From: Chiloscyllium plagiosum
Lineage: Eukaryota
Reading direction: 5' to 3'
DNA length: 34,432 nucleotides
NCBI RefSeq assembly: GCF_004010195.1
Contig: NC_057719.1
Span: forward strand, 53,998,582-54,033,013
Shown: positions 22,596 to 34,297 of the stretch, one piece after another
Numbering within the stretch: the stretch's first letter is position 1
Layout of the letters: every line of letters starts with the position of its first letter
Position numbers and translations under genes: made by a program
The notes under the pieces: model-generated
Seen by the model: the letters and a program-made list of their open reading frames with translations, nothing else
Databases searched by the model: none
What the model was told of the DNA's origin: nothing

Positions 22596-23040
22596 AATGG
22601 TCTGTGTCTGAGTCCCCAAACATTCAGATTCACTTCCTGATAGTCTTCCCTGTGATCCCATGGGCTTTGCACTACCCAACCTGTCTACATGATCCTGTAG
22701 CTGTTCACCTCTAACCCCCTGCCCTTGGCATATGAGGTGACTAAATATGGTCATCACTGTTTCCCTCTTGAAGGCAAGATGCTCTTGACCATAGACAAAC
22801 TGTTTCCTTAATTGCATTGTTCCCATTCGTGCTTTACCATACACCCCACCCTTACAAATGCAGTTGGCCCCCTTCAAAATTGTTGTTCTCCTACCCACCC
22901 CCATCTGCACAGGTCCTCTAGTCTTCTTCCTGTGGCAACATCCCCAATGTTCTCCACAAACCTCCTTTCTCCTTATTTTCCGTGGACAGACCTGACAGAC
23001 TGACCAATGACCCACCCATTGAGCCACCTAAGCAGACAGC
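22596..23040 (-). mobile_element. Possible decayed Harbinger transposase N-terminal region (continuation of 13300-15045)
   Basis: ORF 22587-23027 contains GVYGKAR...HLAFKRETVMTIFSHLI, weakly like the RVYR...RLRFSRETV..IC.L segment of Harbinger-type transposases. Confidence 0.3.
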
Positions 23041-23404
23041 CCAGATGAGGAATACCCACGCCCCTATATACACATAGCAGGAAGACTGATAATGGAAACA
23101 AATGCAAAGGAAATGAATTCAAGGTCAGATGAGGTACAGAGACAGAAACAAAGAGGTGAGAAGGAGTTAAAATTAGATCAGAAGATTTTGGAAACAGTGT
23201 AAAGTAATGTAAATGTTTAAGATCTGATTTGTTAAGAGCACCAAAAATTCAACAGAGAGAGACAAACAATTTAATGGTTAACTCTGGACATGATAGAGGT
23301 TGATTATCAGCTATTAAAAGTTAGCATATTGTGAAAGAGTAATGAAATATTTAGTGAAGAGAAGACATTCTCAGGCAAACTTAATGGGTAACTAGTTTTT
23401 ATTT

Positions 23405-24897
23405 AGAACAGAGAAGAACAGAAAAAGTACAACATAGAACAGGCCCTTTGGTCCACGATGTTGTGCCGTGTTTAATCCTAATGTAAAATATAGTAACTTA
23501 ACCTACGCACCCCTCAACTCACTGCTATCCATGTGCATGTCCAGCAGTCACTTAAATGTCCCTAATAACTCTGCTTCCACCACCACAGCTGGCAACGCAT
23601 TCCATGCATTCACAACTCTGTGTAAATAGCCTGCCTCTGACATCTTCTTTATACCCTCCTCCTAATATCTTCAAACTATGACTGTTCGTACCAGTCAATC
23701 CTGCCCTGGGGAAGTGTCTCTGGCTATTGACTCAATCTGTTCCACGCATTATCTTGTGTACCTCGATCAGGTTTCCTCTCTTCCTCCTTCACTCTAGAGA
23801 GAAAAGTCTGAGCTTGCTCAACTTTTCTTCATAAGGCAAGGCCTCCAGTCCAGGCAGCATCCTGGTAAACCTTCTTTGCACCTTCTCAGTGCCTCCTGTA
23901 TCTTTATTATAGTAGGGCGACCACAATATTCCAAGTGTGGTCTCACCAGGGACCTGTAGAGCTGTAGCAAAACCTCACGGCCCTTAAACTCGATCGCCCT
24001 GTTAATGAAAGCCAAAACACCATATGCTTTCTTAATAAAGTTGGGCGGCAACTTTGAGGGATCTATGAACTTGCACACTCAGATCCCTCTGTTCCTCCAC
24101 ACTGCCAAGAATCCTGTCTTTAATCCTATATTCAGCATTTGAGTTTAACCTTCTAAAATGCATCACTTTGCATTTATCCAGGTTGAACTCCACCTCCCAT
24201 TTCTCAGCCCAGCTCTGCATCCTTTCTATGTCACGCTGCAGCCTGCAGTAGCCCTCGATACTATCGACGACACCTCCAACCTTTGTGTCATCTGCAAATT
24301 TACTAACCAACCCCTCAACTTCCTCATCCAAGTCATTTATAATAACTACAAAGAGCAGAGGACCAAGAACAGAGCCCTGCGGGACCCCACTCAACACTGA
24401 CCTCCAGACAGAATACTTTCCATCTACAACCACTCTCTGCCTTCTGTCAGCCAGCGAATTCTGAATCCAGATAGCCAAATCTCCCTGTATCCCATACTTC
24501 CTGACTTTATGAATGCATCTACCATGGGGAACCCTATCAAATGCCTTGCTGAACTCCGTATACACCACATCCACTGCTCGACCTTCGTCAACCTGTCTCG
24601 TCACCTCCTCAAAGAACTCAATAAGATTTGTGAGGCATGACCTGCCCCTCACAAAGCCATGCTGACTGCCTTTAATCTCACTGTGCTTTGCCAAATTGTC
24701 ATAAATCCCATCCCTCAGAATTCTTTCCAAAACTTTGCTGACCACAGATGTAAGACTGACTGGTCTGTAATTGCCAGGGATTTTCCTATTACCTTTCTTG
24801 AAAAGAGGAACAACATTTACCTCCTTCCAATCCTCCAGTATGACTCCCATGGAGAATGAGGAGGCAAAACTCCTCGCCAATGGCTTAGCAACCTCCT
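23405..24897 (-). mobile_element. 5'-truncated CR1 LINE (RT + 3' UTR)
   Basis: ORF 24032-24880 with NYRPVSLTS, SQHGF, FSKAFD, GVPQGSVLGP, SKFADDTK; ORF 23818-24078 RPHLEYC; TGTTCT-rich tail near 23405-23420. Confidence 0.95.
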
Positions 24898-24921
24898 AAG
24901 CCACTGGCGAGGATATTTGCC
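24863..24921. repeat. 26-bp inverted repeat with 7-nt loop at the 5' junction of the truncated CR1
   Basis: 24863-24888 vs 24896-24921, 23 of 26 positions pair. Confidence 0.85.
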
Positions 24922-24924
24922 AGG

Positions 24925-25228
24925 TTGTTCATGGGTTGTGGGTGTTGCTGACTGGGCCAATATTTATTGTCCATTCCTAATTGCCTCGAGAACAGTTCTG
25001 CATTAAACACATTGCTGTGAGCTTGCAGTCACAGTTAGAGCAAACCAGCTAAGAACATTAGTGAACCAGGTGTAGTTTTACAATAAACAACAGTCACCAT
25101 TAGACTAGCTTTTGTTTTATTTCAGAGTTTTCTTTAATTTTAAATTTAACCACCCGTTATGATGGGATTCGAACTTTCATTCCCAGAGCATTAATTTGGG
25201 ATTCTCGATTACTACGTCCAGTGACATT
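24925..25228 (-). mobile_element. tRNA-headed SINE sharing head and tail with the second-family LINE
   Basis: 24925-24992 matches LINE tail 15055-15120; the rest matches 22325-22575; box B GTTCGAATCC at 25165-25174. Confidence 0.8.
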
Positions 25229-25698
25229 TTCAGATAAATATGAAATACTCGAGTTCTGGAAATCGAGCAAACATAGAGAATTATGAGAATATACTTGGGT
25301 CCCTGCTCTATAAACACTGTACAGGCCACCATACCAGAAGAGTTAAACGAAACAGCAAAATCTTGGAATACACATTGTAAACATTATGACCCACACAAAA
25401 TTCCAACTTAGAAGTACTACTTCCTTAAAATGATGCTTAGCCTACAGAGCTTTAAAGTGTTCAGGTAAAACAGGCAGGCTTCACAATTATTCTGTACTCC
25501 TAGATGGGGGTTGCCTTTACATTTTACTTTTGCAGAAAAGAGATATAAAAGGAAACAGAGAATCCAATGATGCAGCATCACAAAGATCTGGCAAGAATCC
25601 CTTTGGGCTAAACTTTGACAATGTGCAATCAAATAATCTGAATATCATGATTCTGAATAGATGGATGGGCAGATATAGAGAAGGATAGAAATGAATGG

Positions 25699-26553
25699 TG
25701 TTATGCACCAGACTGGACCTTCTTGAAATATTCAAAAGGTAGTGAAGACCCTAAACTTTTCTTATTTTAAAAATAAATGTTAGGTGTTGCATTCCAGATA
25801 CAATTAAATGGTCAAACTACCAGATTCAAGCAAAACATACTTTATTCATCCATTGTCATTAAAATACAGCAAAGGAAAGAAGGAATTGTAAATCCTTAAC
25901 TTTACTGGCAAATTTAACAGAATAATAGATACAGTAACTACTACTAATTAACTTTCCAATAAGGTAACATCGCACAAACACACCCTTGGCAAAGACAAAT
26001 TCAGAAAACAGATTACCTCACATACAACTCCCATAGTAGACAGCTTTTGGGTATAACCAAGAGACGGAAAAAATAGCTCTCATTTCTTCAAATCCCCAAC
26101 AGCAACTGCTGCTGAATACTAAAACTAAAAATCTTGGTTCTGTGAGAGGAAGGAGAAAGTGAGGACTGCAGATGCTGGAGATCAGAGCTGAAAATGTGTT
26201 GCTGGAAAAGCACGGCAGGTCAGGCAGCATCCAAGGAGCAGGAGAATCGATATTTCGGGCATGAGCCTTCTTCAGGAAATCTTGAAGAGGGGCTCATGCC
26301 CGAAATGTCGATTCTCCTGCTCCTTGGATGCTGCCTGACCTGCTGCGCTTTTCCAGCAACACATTTTCAGCTCTGTGAGAGGAAGGTTGACCACACCCAT
26401 TAAGGCTGCATCTATAATTCCAACTTCAATTATAAAAACACCCAGGGCTTCACAAGTTGTTTATTTTATCAGAGACCGCTTGCTATGTGTCCCTTAATCT
26501 CTCTAAAAGAAACCATGACAAAACACACCTCTTAAAGCCACAACATTATTACA
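25699..26553 (-). mobile_element. Probable solo LTR, interrupted by a hairpin element
   Basis: Ends TGTTA...TTACA, minus-strand AATAAA at 25841-25846; alternative left end at 25743 would give TG..CA with GTAG on both flanks. Left boundary unresolved. Confidence 0.45.
26151..26375 (-). mobile_element. Short palindromic non-autonomous Penelope-like insertion with hammerhead motifs in both arms
   Basis: 32-nt tail 26151-26182, imperfect inverted arms spanning 26183-26375, 15-bp duplication TCTGTGAGAGGAAGG at 26139-26153 and 26372-26386; minus-strand CTGAAGAAGGCTCATGCCCGAAATATC and plus-strand TTGAAGAGGGGCTCATGCCCGAAATGTC. Confidence 0.9.
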
Positions 26554-26569
26554 GTAGGCAGATATAGAA

Positions 26570-26642
26570 AAGGTTTGGCAGCATCTGGGGAGAGAGAAAA
26601 AGAATTAACATTTTAGGCCAGTCTGACTGTTTTTCAGAAGAG
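26570..26642 (-). mobile_element. Decayed Penelope-terminus-like fragment related to 4275-4420
   Basis: AGGTTTGGCAGCATCTGGGGAGAGAGAAA...AACATTTTAGG...TTTCAGAAG has the same layout as the hairpin arm, heavily mutated. Confidence 0.45.
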
Positions 26643-28445
26643 GCTTAGCAACATGTTAATGCACTGAATTCCCAAAAAATAAATCTGGGGAAGTGCAGGG
26701 TCAGACTTCTATTTTTGTCAACTTAATGTGGAACAACATAGTTTGGATAATGATTTCTGGACATTTCACATTGAAATATGTATCTACTCTTTGCCTTAAA
26801 TTGAGTTGTCCATGAATAATAGTGAGCATCATTAGCTTTAACCTTATTTAGTCAGCACATTCTGGCATATAGTATAATCTAAAGCTTACAATTTACCATT
26901 CACCAAATATTACAAAAATATCCACACTTAACTTTAAAATCAGCAATCATCAATACTGATGATCCAGTACTTATTGGGCAAGGACGAACTATTGATTTTA
27001 GAAGCTTTAGAACCTTGCTGCTTTGTTACTCATTTGCTGCAGGAATAAATCTCTTTACTGACAGCAATTTCCAGCATTAAAATTATTGATGTCATAATTC
27101 AAGGCTCATTTAGGCTGAAAACATTTATTTTGCCAAGAAAACTTTGGTTCTTTAAAATAAATACACATTGCATTATGATTCAGCCATTTGCAAGATTGAA
27201 GGTATTATGTGACCCAGCACCTTTATCTGTGATTTTGATATGAAGCTTAGAACGTTATTGCCTCTTATCACTGATACATAGTATTAGTCACATCATTATT
27301 GTAACTGAGGATGTGAATAATCGTTTTACTTCTAGAAAACTATAAAGACTGCAATTACCGCAGTCTGAAACAGGGCTGCATCTTATTTCAGTCCATTGCT
27401 TGGAAGTTACATGGTTTCAATTTGCATTACAATCTGAGCTCAGGCGAAAGGCATCTGATACAAGTGTTCAATCTCTGACAGAAGCAGCAGCTGTCACATC
27501 TTGTCACTCTTCCATTACAGCTGTTCATCTTACTGCCTAGGTGTGTGGTGTGATGAATTTAAAATTGCCTACTTGTGGGATTAGATCTTGGATTAGTGAA
27601 GACTTCAAACATAGCAAAATAGCTTCTTGAAAATCCTGCTGTTTTATATGCATTTTCAGTTCTATGATATTAAAAAAAAGCTCCGAGGAATTCTTCCAAT
27701 ATACCTGCCTAAGAAACTGACGAAACACTACTTGAAATCTTAATAGTTGACAGTCCAAATTAAAATAAAAATGAAGACTGTAACAGTCAACATTTACTCA
27801 AATCTCAATTCAGTCTAATGCATTACAGTGAAAATTATAATGGGAAAGGGAGGCTTAAAGTCCCTACTCTTTCATTCCACCACTGTGTTCTCTTAATGAT
27901 TATTTTTCAATACTCGGTTTTAATGCTTTCTACTTATCAGTGACCTATTGACAGTACCTGAACAGTCATCTAATTGAGGAGCTAGATTTATGTTCATAAT
28001 TATAATTAGGCACAGGCTTATATTTATATTCTTATTGAAATTCAATGCAATGAAAGTCTATCTTTTGCATTCTTATTTGAGTCAACCTTAAAATAATTAT
28101 GAAGAATCAAAATAAATTGGATTTTGAAATCAGTCACCAAGCAACAATGCTCACTGCTGACCTTGAAGCAAGCTGCTTACAAAGGTCCATTGATTTCTTT
28201 GGTGTAAACTTTCCCTATCTTAACTAAATTTAGTGCCAAGTCACGAGGATCTCCAGCTACCCAGTAAAAGTGCTGCCCGTAAGTAGGGTGCAAAGCAAAA
28301 TACATTAAAGGATTCTCACAAATAGAAAATTAGGCACTTCAAAAAATTGAGTACTTTCACATTTGATATAAATATTCAAATTGAAAAAGTAAATATTCAG
28401 GAGTAGGTTAATGCGAAAACTAAAATGTCATAAATAAACTTCAAA

Positions 28446-28469
28446 TATATATACACATATATATATATA
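28446..28469. repeat. Interrupted (TA)n microsatellite
   Basis: TATATATACACATATATATATATA. Confidence 0.8.
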
Positions 28470-30044
28470 ATCTTTGTTATAATGGAGAAATTTGGAATCC
28501 TGTAAAGATAAGTTTAACTTCAGTAAAGATGTTTTACAGTAATTATGAACTGAGTTTGCCAATAAAAACCCAACTGCAACTCATTCCATTCACTGTGTCC
28601 TTTTCAAGTGATACTAATAATGGAAGATTTTGTCAACAGACTGATTTCCTCAGTATTGCACTCTAAGGGGACCTTAGCAGCAGATCCTCAGGAGAATTAC
28701 TGGAAGAAACCTCTGAATGTCAAGGTTTTTTTTTGTGTGTGCAGACTCCTTACAGTGGCTATCAGATTCAGTGGAGTAATAATGGTGAAACAGTTACATT
28801 TTAGATAAATAGACTACATTAACACATTTAATAAAAGGATTTTGCTTAAAAAATACACTTCCTACAAATTACAGAACTAGATGTGAATCATTTGATAACT
28901 TTAGATCGTAATGACGTTAGATCCAAAATCCTCACTTCCACCACGATTCAATGTCCCATTGTTTGCAACAGTGCTATCAAATGGAAAGACAATTGCAGAA
29001 ATTTGAAGTAATGTTGGTGAACACTAATTGTTTCACACTATTATCTCTGAAAAATCCTTTTGAATGGCAAGGAAACAATACTATAAAAGTAATGTGGTGT
29101 GCAGTTGACAACTTCATACAAATGTTACTTTAGGGATAAAATGCAAAATGTCTTTATTTTACAATAAAAGTTTGAATCTCATGAACTGCACATAATTCAC
29201 ATAGATGTTTATAAATTCTTGGGCCTGGTACAGCTAGACATTTCAGGCTGCTGTGAATTAATAGACAGGATAATACATTTCCTGAACTGAATTACTGTCT
29301 TTTGTCTTTCAGAATATTTCTTCTTTCTGCATTGACGTTGAATCTGTTATTCTATTTGAAGTAAATTAGTCAATAATTTGTACTGTTGGTGTAAAATGAT
29401 ATATTTTCAGGCCTGAAGCCCTTGCAAAGTACTTAATGTTTAGTGTGGCTGTGTTTGATTTTGCGTCAGTGATGCCAACTTTCTGGCTGTGATTGTCTTA
29501 GAGGATTTCTAGTGTGTTAACTTTGTACTAGTTTGCTTGTGGTTATTTTTGTTCTTGGGTTTATTTCTCAGTGAATAACATTTTTTTCTTTGTTTGTGGG
29601 TTATGATCAATTTAATTCTGGAACATTTTCAGGTTAGCAATGTGAGTAAAAAAATATCTACAACAGTAGGAATGAATGGCTGTTGTAAAAACACCGACTG
29701 TGTTTTCTTTTGTATTCAATGTTTTCTATAGTGCGTTTCTTTGTCACCCAGAGATTGAAGGTTTGTGTTATTTGGCACATTAAAATGTTTTGATGAGTGT
29801 CAAAACAATACAGTGCATTAGAAGTAGTGCATTGTTTGTGTGTAGCTTGAAAATTGGAAACATTTTAACCCATTATCTTCATAATGTACATGTGGATTGG
29901 CAATCTCTTAGCAGTAGAATACATCTTGGAAGCAAGTTATTTAATTTAACTAAGCCAGCAGTATTTAATTTGATTTAACTAATTTATTCCTTCAATGCCA
30001 TGAGCAAGCCAACATATAGGAATCTCATCATCACATCTTTGTGG

Positions 30045-30162
30045 AAGCGCATTCACCATACGGAAACCAAATGGACTGGAGCAGTTAATGGCACCTCACC
30101 ACCACCTTCTCAAGAGCAATTGGGAATGGGCAATAAATGCTGACTTAGAAAGAAATGCCCCC
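30045..30162 (+). mobile_element. 3' tail fragment of the second-family LINE
   Basis: CTCACCACCACCTTCTCAAGAGCAATTGGGAATGGGCAATAAATGCTG is homologous to the reverse complement of 15085-15133. Confidence 0.75.
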
Positions 30163-30811
30163 AGTTAAGAGTAACTATACTTTTATCACTGTTGGGAAGT
30201 GATTGTACTAAGTGTCCTCTACCCTAAATGATTTTGATGAACAGAAGAAACGGACTTCAGAAACTTTGAAAGCATTGAAAGCCTACTTTGAACCCCAACT
30301 GAATGTAGTACAAGTAGTACATGTTCAACATTAGGGCCAGAGCTGAAAAAATGTCCATTGATCAATATATAAACTAATTAACCCATTTCACGGAAGGTTG
30401 CTAATTTACGTAACTAAAAGGCAATTCAATTAGACACAGGATTGTAGCTTTAAAAGATCTTACAGTTAAAGCACATCTATTGAGAGTTCAAAGACTTAAT
30501 CTCAGGAAATGAATGGCAATTATAGGAATGCTGATATTGTAAATCAGTAGCTATACCATTTTTATAGCTAAATAGGCCAGGTCTTGCAATATGCGGATAG
30601 ATACTCCAGGCCCGAAGGGCAGAACAAGCATAGACAAAGGGCAGGATGCAATTACTATGGAGGATATAATGTGAAGGAGGAGAAGCATATTTAGTGTGGG
30701 AAATGCAGAGTTATTTTTGTAATAAGCTGAATCATTTTGAACAGGAAGCAAAGAGAAGATATAAGTGGTAGATTGTAGGGGGCAGTGTGCCACAGGAATA
30801 CTATACAACAT

Positions 30812-31790
30812 GGAAAAATATGAAATTATCTATTTTGACAAATAGTAGGGAAGAAGAAGCATGATATCTACATGATGAGAGATTGCAGAACTTTGAAATA
30901 CAAAGTGTTCTGATTGTCTTTGTGCATGAATACAAAAGGTTAGTATGTCGGTCCAGCAAGAAATTAAAAAAGCTAATCGAATTTTATCATTAATCATGAA
31001 AGCAGTTGAATGCAAAAGTAGGGACATTATGCTTTACTTATGTAAGACACTCATGAGAGCACATCTGAAGTACAATATAAATATGGATCATCTTAATTAA
31101 GAAAGTTCTCAATAATTTAGAAGTAATTCAGAGATGTTTTCCCAGACTAATACATGGAGTGGATGGATTGTCTTATGAGGAAATAAATGGTGGACTACAA
31201 GTTAGGCTTGTATCCAATATTGGTTAAAAAAAAAGAGGTGATTTGACTGAAACTGAAAATGATTCAATTAGATGATTAGATTCCCTCCAGTGTGGTAACA
31301 GGCCCTTTGACCCAACCAGTCCACACTGACCCTCTGAAGAGTAACCCACCCAAACTTACTTCCCTCTGACTAATGCACCTATCACTATGGGCAATTTAGC
31401 ATGGCCAAATCACCTGACCTGCACCAAAATCTTGAGGGATCTTGCCAGGGTAGATGTGGGGAGGATGTTTCCTTTAACGGGAGAACCAAGAATGAAGGGT
31501 GACTTTAGGAATAATGGTTTGTGCATGTAAAACACAGATAATAAAATATCTTTGCTCACAGAAGGTTGTGAGTCTTTAAAATTCTCTTTCTGAAGAGATA
31601 ATGGAAGCATTTGAATATTTTAAGACAAATGTGAATAGATTCTTATTAATCTAAGGGTTGAAAGATTATTGGGAGTAGGTGAAAATGTGCATTTAAGGTT
31701 ACAATCACGATCAGCCATAGCTTATTAAGTAGTGATGTAGACTCAAAGAGCCAAATGGCCTTTTCTTTCTTGTTCATGTGTATGCATGTT
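30812..31790 (+). mobile_element. Old 5'-truncated CR1 (RT C-terminus + 3' UTR) inside the Gypsy relic
   Basis: EKYEIIYF, IKKANRILS, LLYVRHS*EHI-type decayed RPHLEY region, GLSYEE, and 3' UTR GATCAGCCAT...CCAAATGGCCT. Confidence 0.75.
31262..31425 (-). mobile_element. 3' fragment of an HE1-like SINE
   Basis: CACTATGGGCAATTTAGCATGGCCAA..CACCTGACCTGCAC and CAGGCCCTTTGACCCAAC match 2468-2625. Confidence 0.75.
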
Positions 31791-32554
31791 TGTACACACA
31801 CAATGTATCTCTAGAAGGAATTACAAGCAAATGCAGATGGCCACTGGAGAGATGAGTCATTCTACAAGCTGGTAGAGTTAGGTCAATAGGTAGTACCTGA
31901 TTTGTAAATGTTGGAATGATGACTACAGAAGGGGAACATCAGGTCAATGTAAAGTGTCAAAAAGACACCAGCACATCTTCCAGCACCATGATCTTCATAG
32001 ATCTGTGTGAAGTGGCTCAAAATGACCATCGGAAAATGAAGCCTTCAACAGTGAGATTCAGGTTGTATAATGGTACTCATACTCATATTGAGAGGACAAA
32101 TTTCTCTAATGTGGTAACATGAATGGTGAACTGGAGTTCAAGATCATAGACAGCAAACTAAAGTCACTGTTCATCGCTGGAAAACATGTACTGATAACCC
32201 TTAATGTGCCAAAACAGATTTGCAAAGTGTCCTAGTATAAGAGGATATCCTACAGGATATGACTCAAAAAGTTCCAGCTGCCCTCAAAGACTGAAGAGCT
32301 TGAAAAGAAGGGAGAAATCAAGAAAGTGACAGCTCCTCCAGAATGGGTGAGCAGCAGGGTAACAGTGAAGCAATCCGGAAAACTGTCAACATGCAATGAC
32401 CCAAAAGGACCTCAATCAAGTTCTCAAGAGATCTCACTACTTCATGCCAACCATCAAACGTATTTAGCCAAACTTGCAAAAGGTAAAAACATCATCACTA
32501 CTCTAGAAGTGAAGGACAGTTACTGACAAGTGAAAGTAGCAGCTTTATAATTTA

Positions 32555-32862
32555 TCGCTGGACTGTTGATGCAAAATAATGGTCTGGGGACTGGGATTAG
32601 AATCCCAACATGGCAGATTGTAGAATTTGAAATCAATAAAATTTGGAATTAAGAGTCTTTGATGACCATGAATCCATTGTGGGTTGCTGGAAAAATCTAT
32701 CTGGTTCACTAATGTCCCTAAGGGAAGAAAACTGCTATCCTGACCTGGTCTGGTCTAATTGTGACTCTAAACCTATGGCAGTGTGGTTGACTCTTAACTG
32801 CCCTCTAAGTAATAAATGCTGGCCTAGCCAATGATGCCATTACTCTGTCAAAGAATTTGAAA
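32555..32862 (+). mobile_element. tRNA-headed SINE sharing head and tail with the second-family LINE
   Basis: GAATCCCAACATGGCAGA..CTGGTTCACTAATGTCC..GTGGTTGACTCTTAACTGCCCTCT joined directly to AATAAATGCTGGCCTAGCCA tail. Confidence 0.8.
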
Positions 32863-32907
32863 TACCTAGATTATTGATGGTGACCGGGAGGTACAGATGT
32901 TGTGCAG

Positions 32908-33995
32908 GTCACAGAATCATAGAGATGTACAGCACAGAAACAAATCCTTTGGTCCAACAAGTCCATGCCGACCAGATATCCAGAATTAACCTCACCTCAT
33001 TTTCCAGCATTTGGCCCATATTCCTCCAGATCCTTCCCATTTATATAACCATCCAGATGACTTTTAAATGTAATTGTGCCAGCCCTCTGGCATATTTCCT
33101 CTGGCATCTTGTTCCATTTCATGCACCATAAGCTGCATGAAAACATTGCCCCTTAGGTCCATTTTAATCTTTCCCGTCTCATCTTAAATCCATGTCCTCT
33201 AGTTTTGGATGCTCCTGACCTGGGAAAACTGTCATGATTACTCACCCTATCCATGCATCTCATGATTTTATAAATCTCTACAAGGTCACCCCTCAGCCTC
33301 TTATACTCCAGGGAAAATTCCCCCAGGCTACTCAGCCTCTCCTTATAGCTCAAACCTTTTAACTCCGACAACATGCTTGTAAATATTTTCTGAACTCTTT
33401 CAAGTTTAACAGCATGTTTCGATAGCTGGGAGACCAGAAATGAATGCAATATTCCAAAATTGGTCTAATGAATGTCCTGTATAGCCACAACATGACCTCC
33501 CAACTCCTATGCTCAATTAAGGCAAGCATACAAAACACCTTCTTCTCTAGCCCTCTCTCTACCTGTGACTCCAATTTCAAGGAGCTATGAATCTGCACCC
33601 AAGGTTTCTTTGTTTGGTAACACTCCCCAGGACTCCACCGTTAAGTGTAAATGCTGTGTTTTGATTTGCCTTACCCAAATGTAACACCTCACATTTATAT
33701 AAACTAAACTCCAGCCTGTGACTCCAATTTCAAGGAGCTATGAATCTGCACCCAAGGTTTCTTTGTTTGGTAACACTCCCCAGGACTCCACCGTTAAGTG
33801 TAAATGCTGTGTTTTGATTTGCCTTACCCAAATGTAACACCTCACATTTATATAAACTAAACTCCAGCCACAACTTCTCAGCCCATCTGGTCAAGGTCTC
33901 ATTATACTCTGAGATAATCTTTCTCACTATCCATCACATCATGAATTTTGCAAACTTATTAACCATACCTTCCATATTCACCTCCAAATCATTTA
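32908..33995 (-). mobile_element. 5'-truncated CR1 LINE (RT C-terminus + 3' UTR)
   Basis: ORFs 33153-33449, 33359-33598, 33730-33927: KCEVLHLGK, RPILEYC, RLRGDLVE; tail CTCTATGATTCTGTGAC. Confidence 0.9.
33562..33867. repeat. 153-bp tandem duplication (2 copies, apparently identical)
   Basis: 33562-33714 vs 33715-33867, junction microhomology CC. Confidence 0.9.
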
Positions 33996-34297
33996 GGTTG
34001 TTGGCATATCCATGATCCAGAAGAGTATTGACACAGACATCATGAGGTGGTAATAAAATTCCCAGATCAGAAGCTATAGTGGATGATCTGATAGTTTATG
34101 GAGGAAGCCATTGTCGAATACAATCAAAGTCTAGTGCAACAGTTAGTCAGATCTTGCCTGATGAGACTAAGGTTGAAAAATAAGTAGTGCCAATTAAAGA
34201 TGCTCAAAGTCAAGTCAAAAGGCCATGTACTGACAGCAAAAGAACTTCACCGGGATGTTGAAAAGGTGATTAATGTAGCAGCGATTGATGACCAACA

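Larger units (their letters stand above)
30170..34295 (+). mobile_element. Decayed Gypsy LTR-retrotransposon internal region (gag-protease-RT), split by four younger insertions
   Basis: gag-like LKALKAYFEPQLNVV and IRHRIV near 30270-30446; protease-like VKCQKDTSTS (QLDTGAS) and RLYNG in ORF 31916-32122; RT VTAPPEWVSS..TCNDPK..RSHYFMPTI..TLEVKDSY at 32326-32526; AIVDDLIVYG near 34073-34102. Confidence 0.8.
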
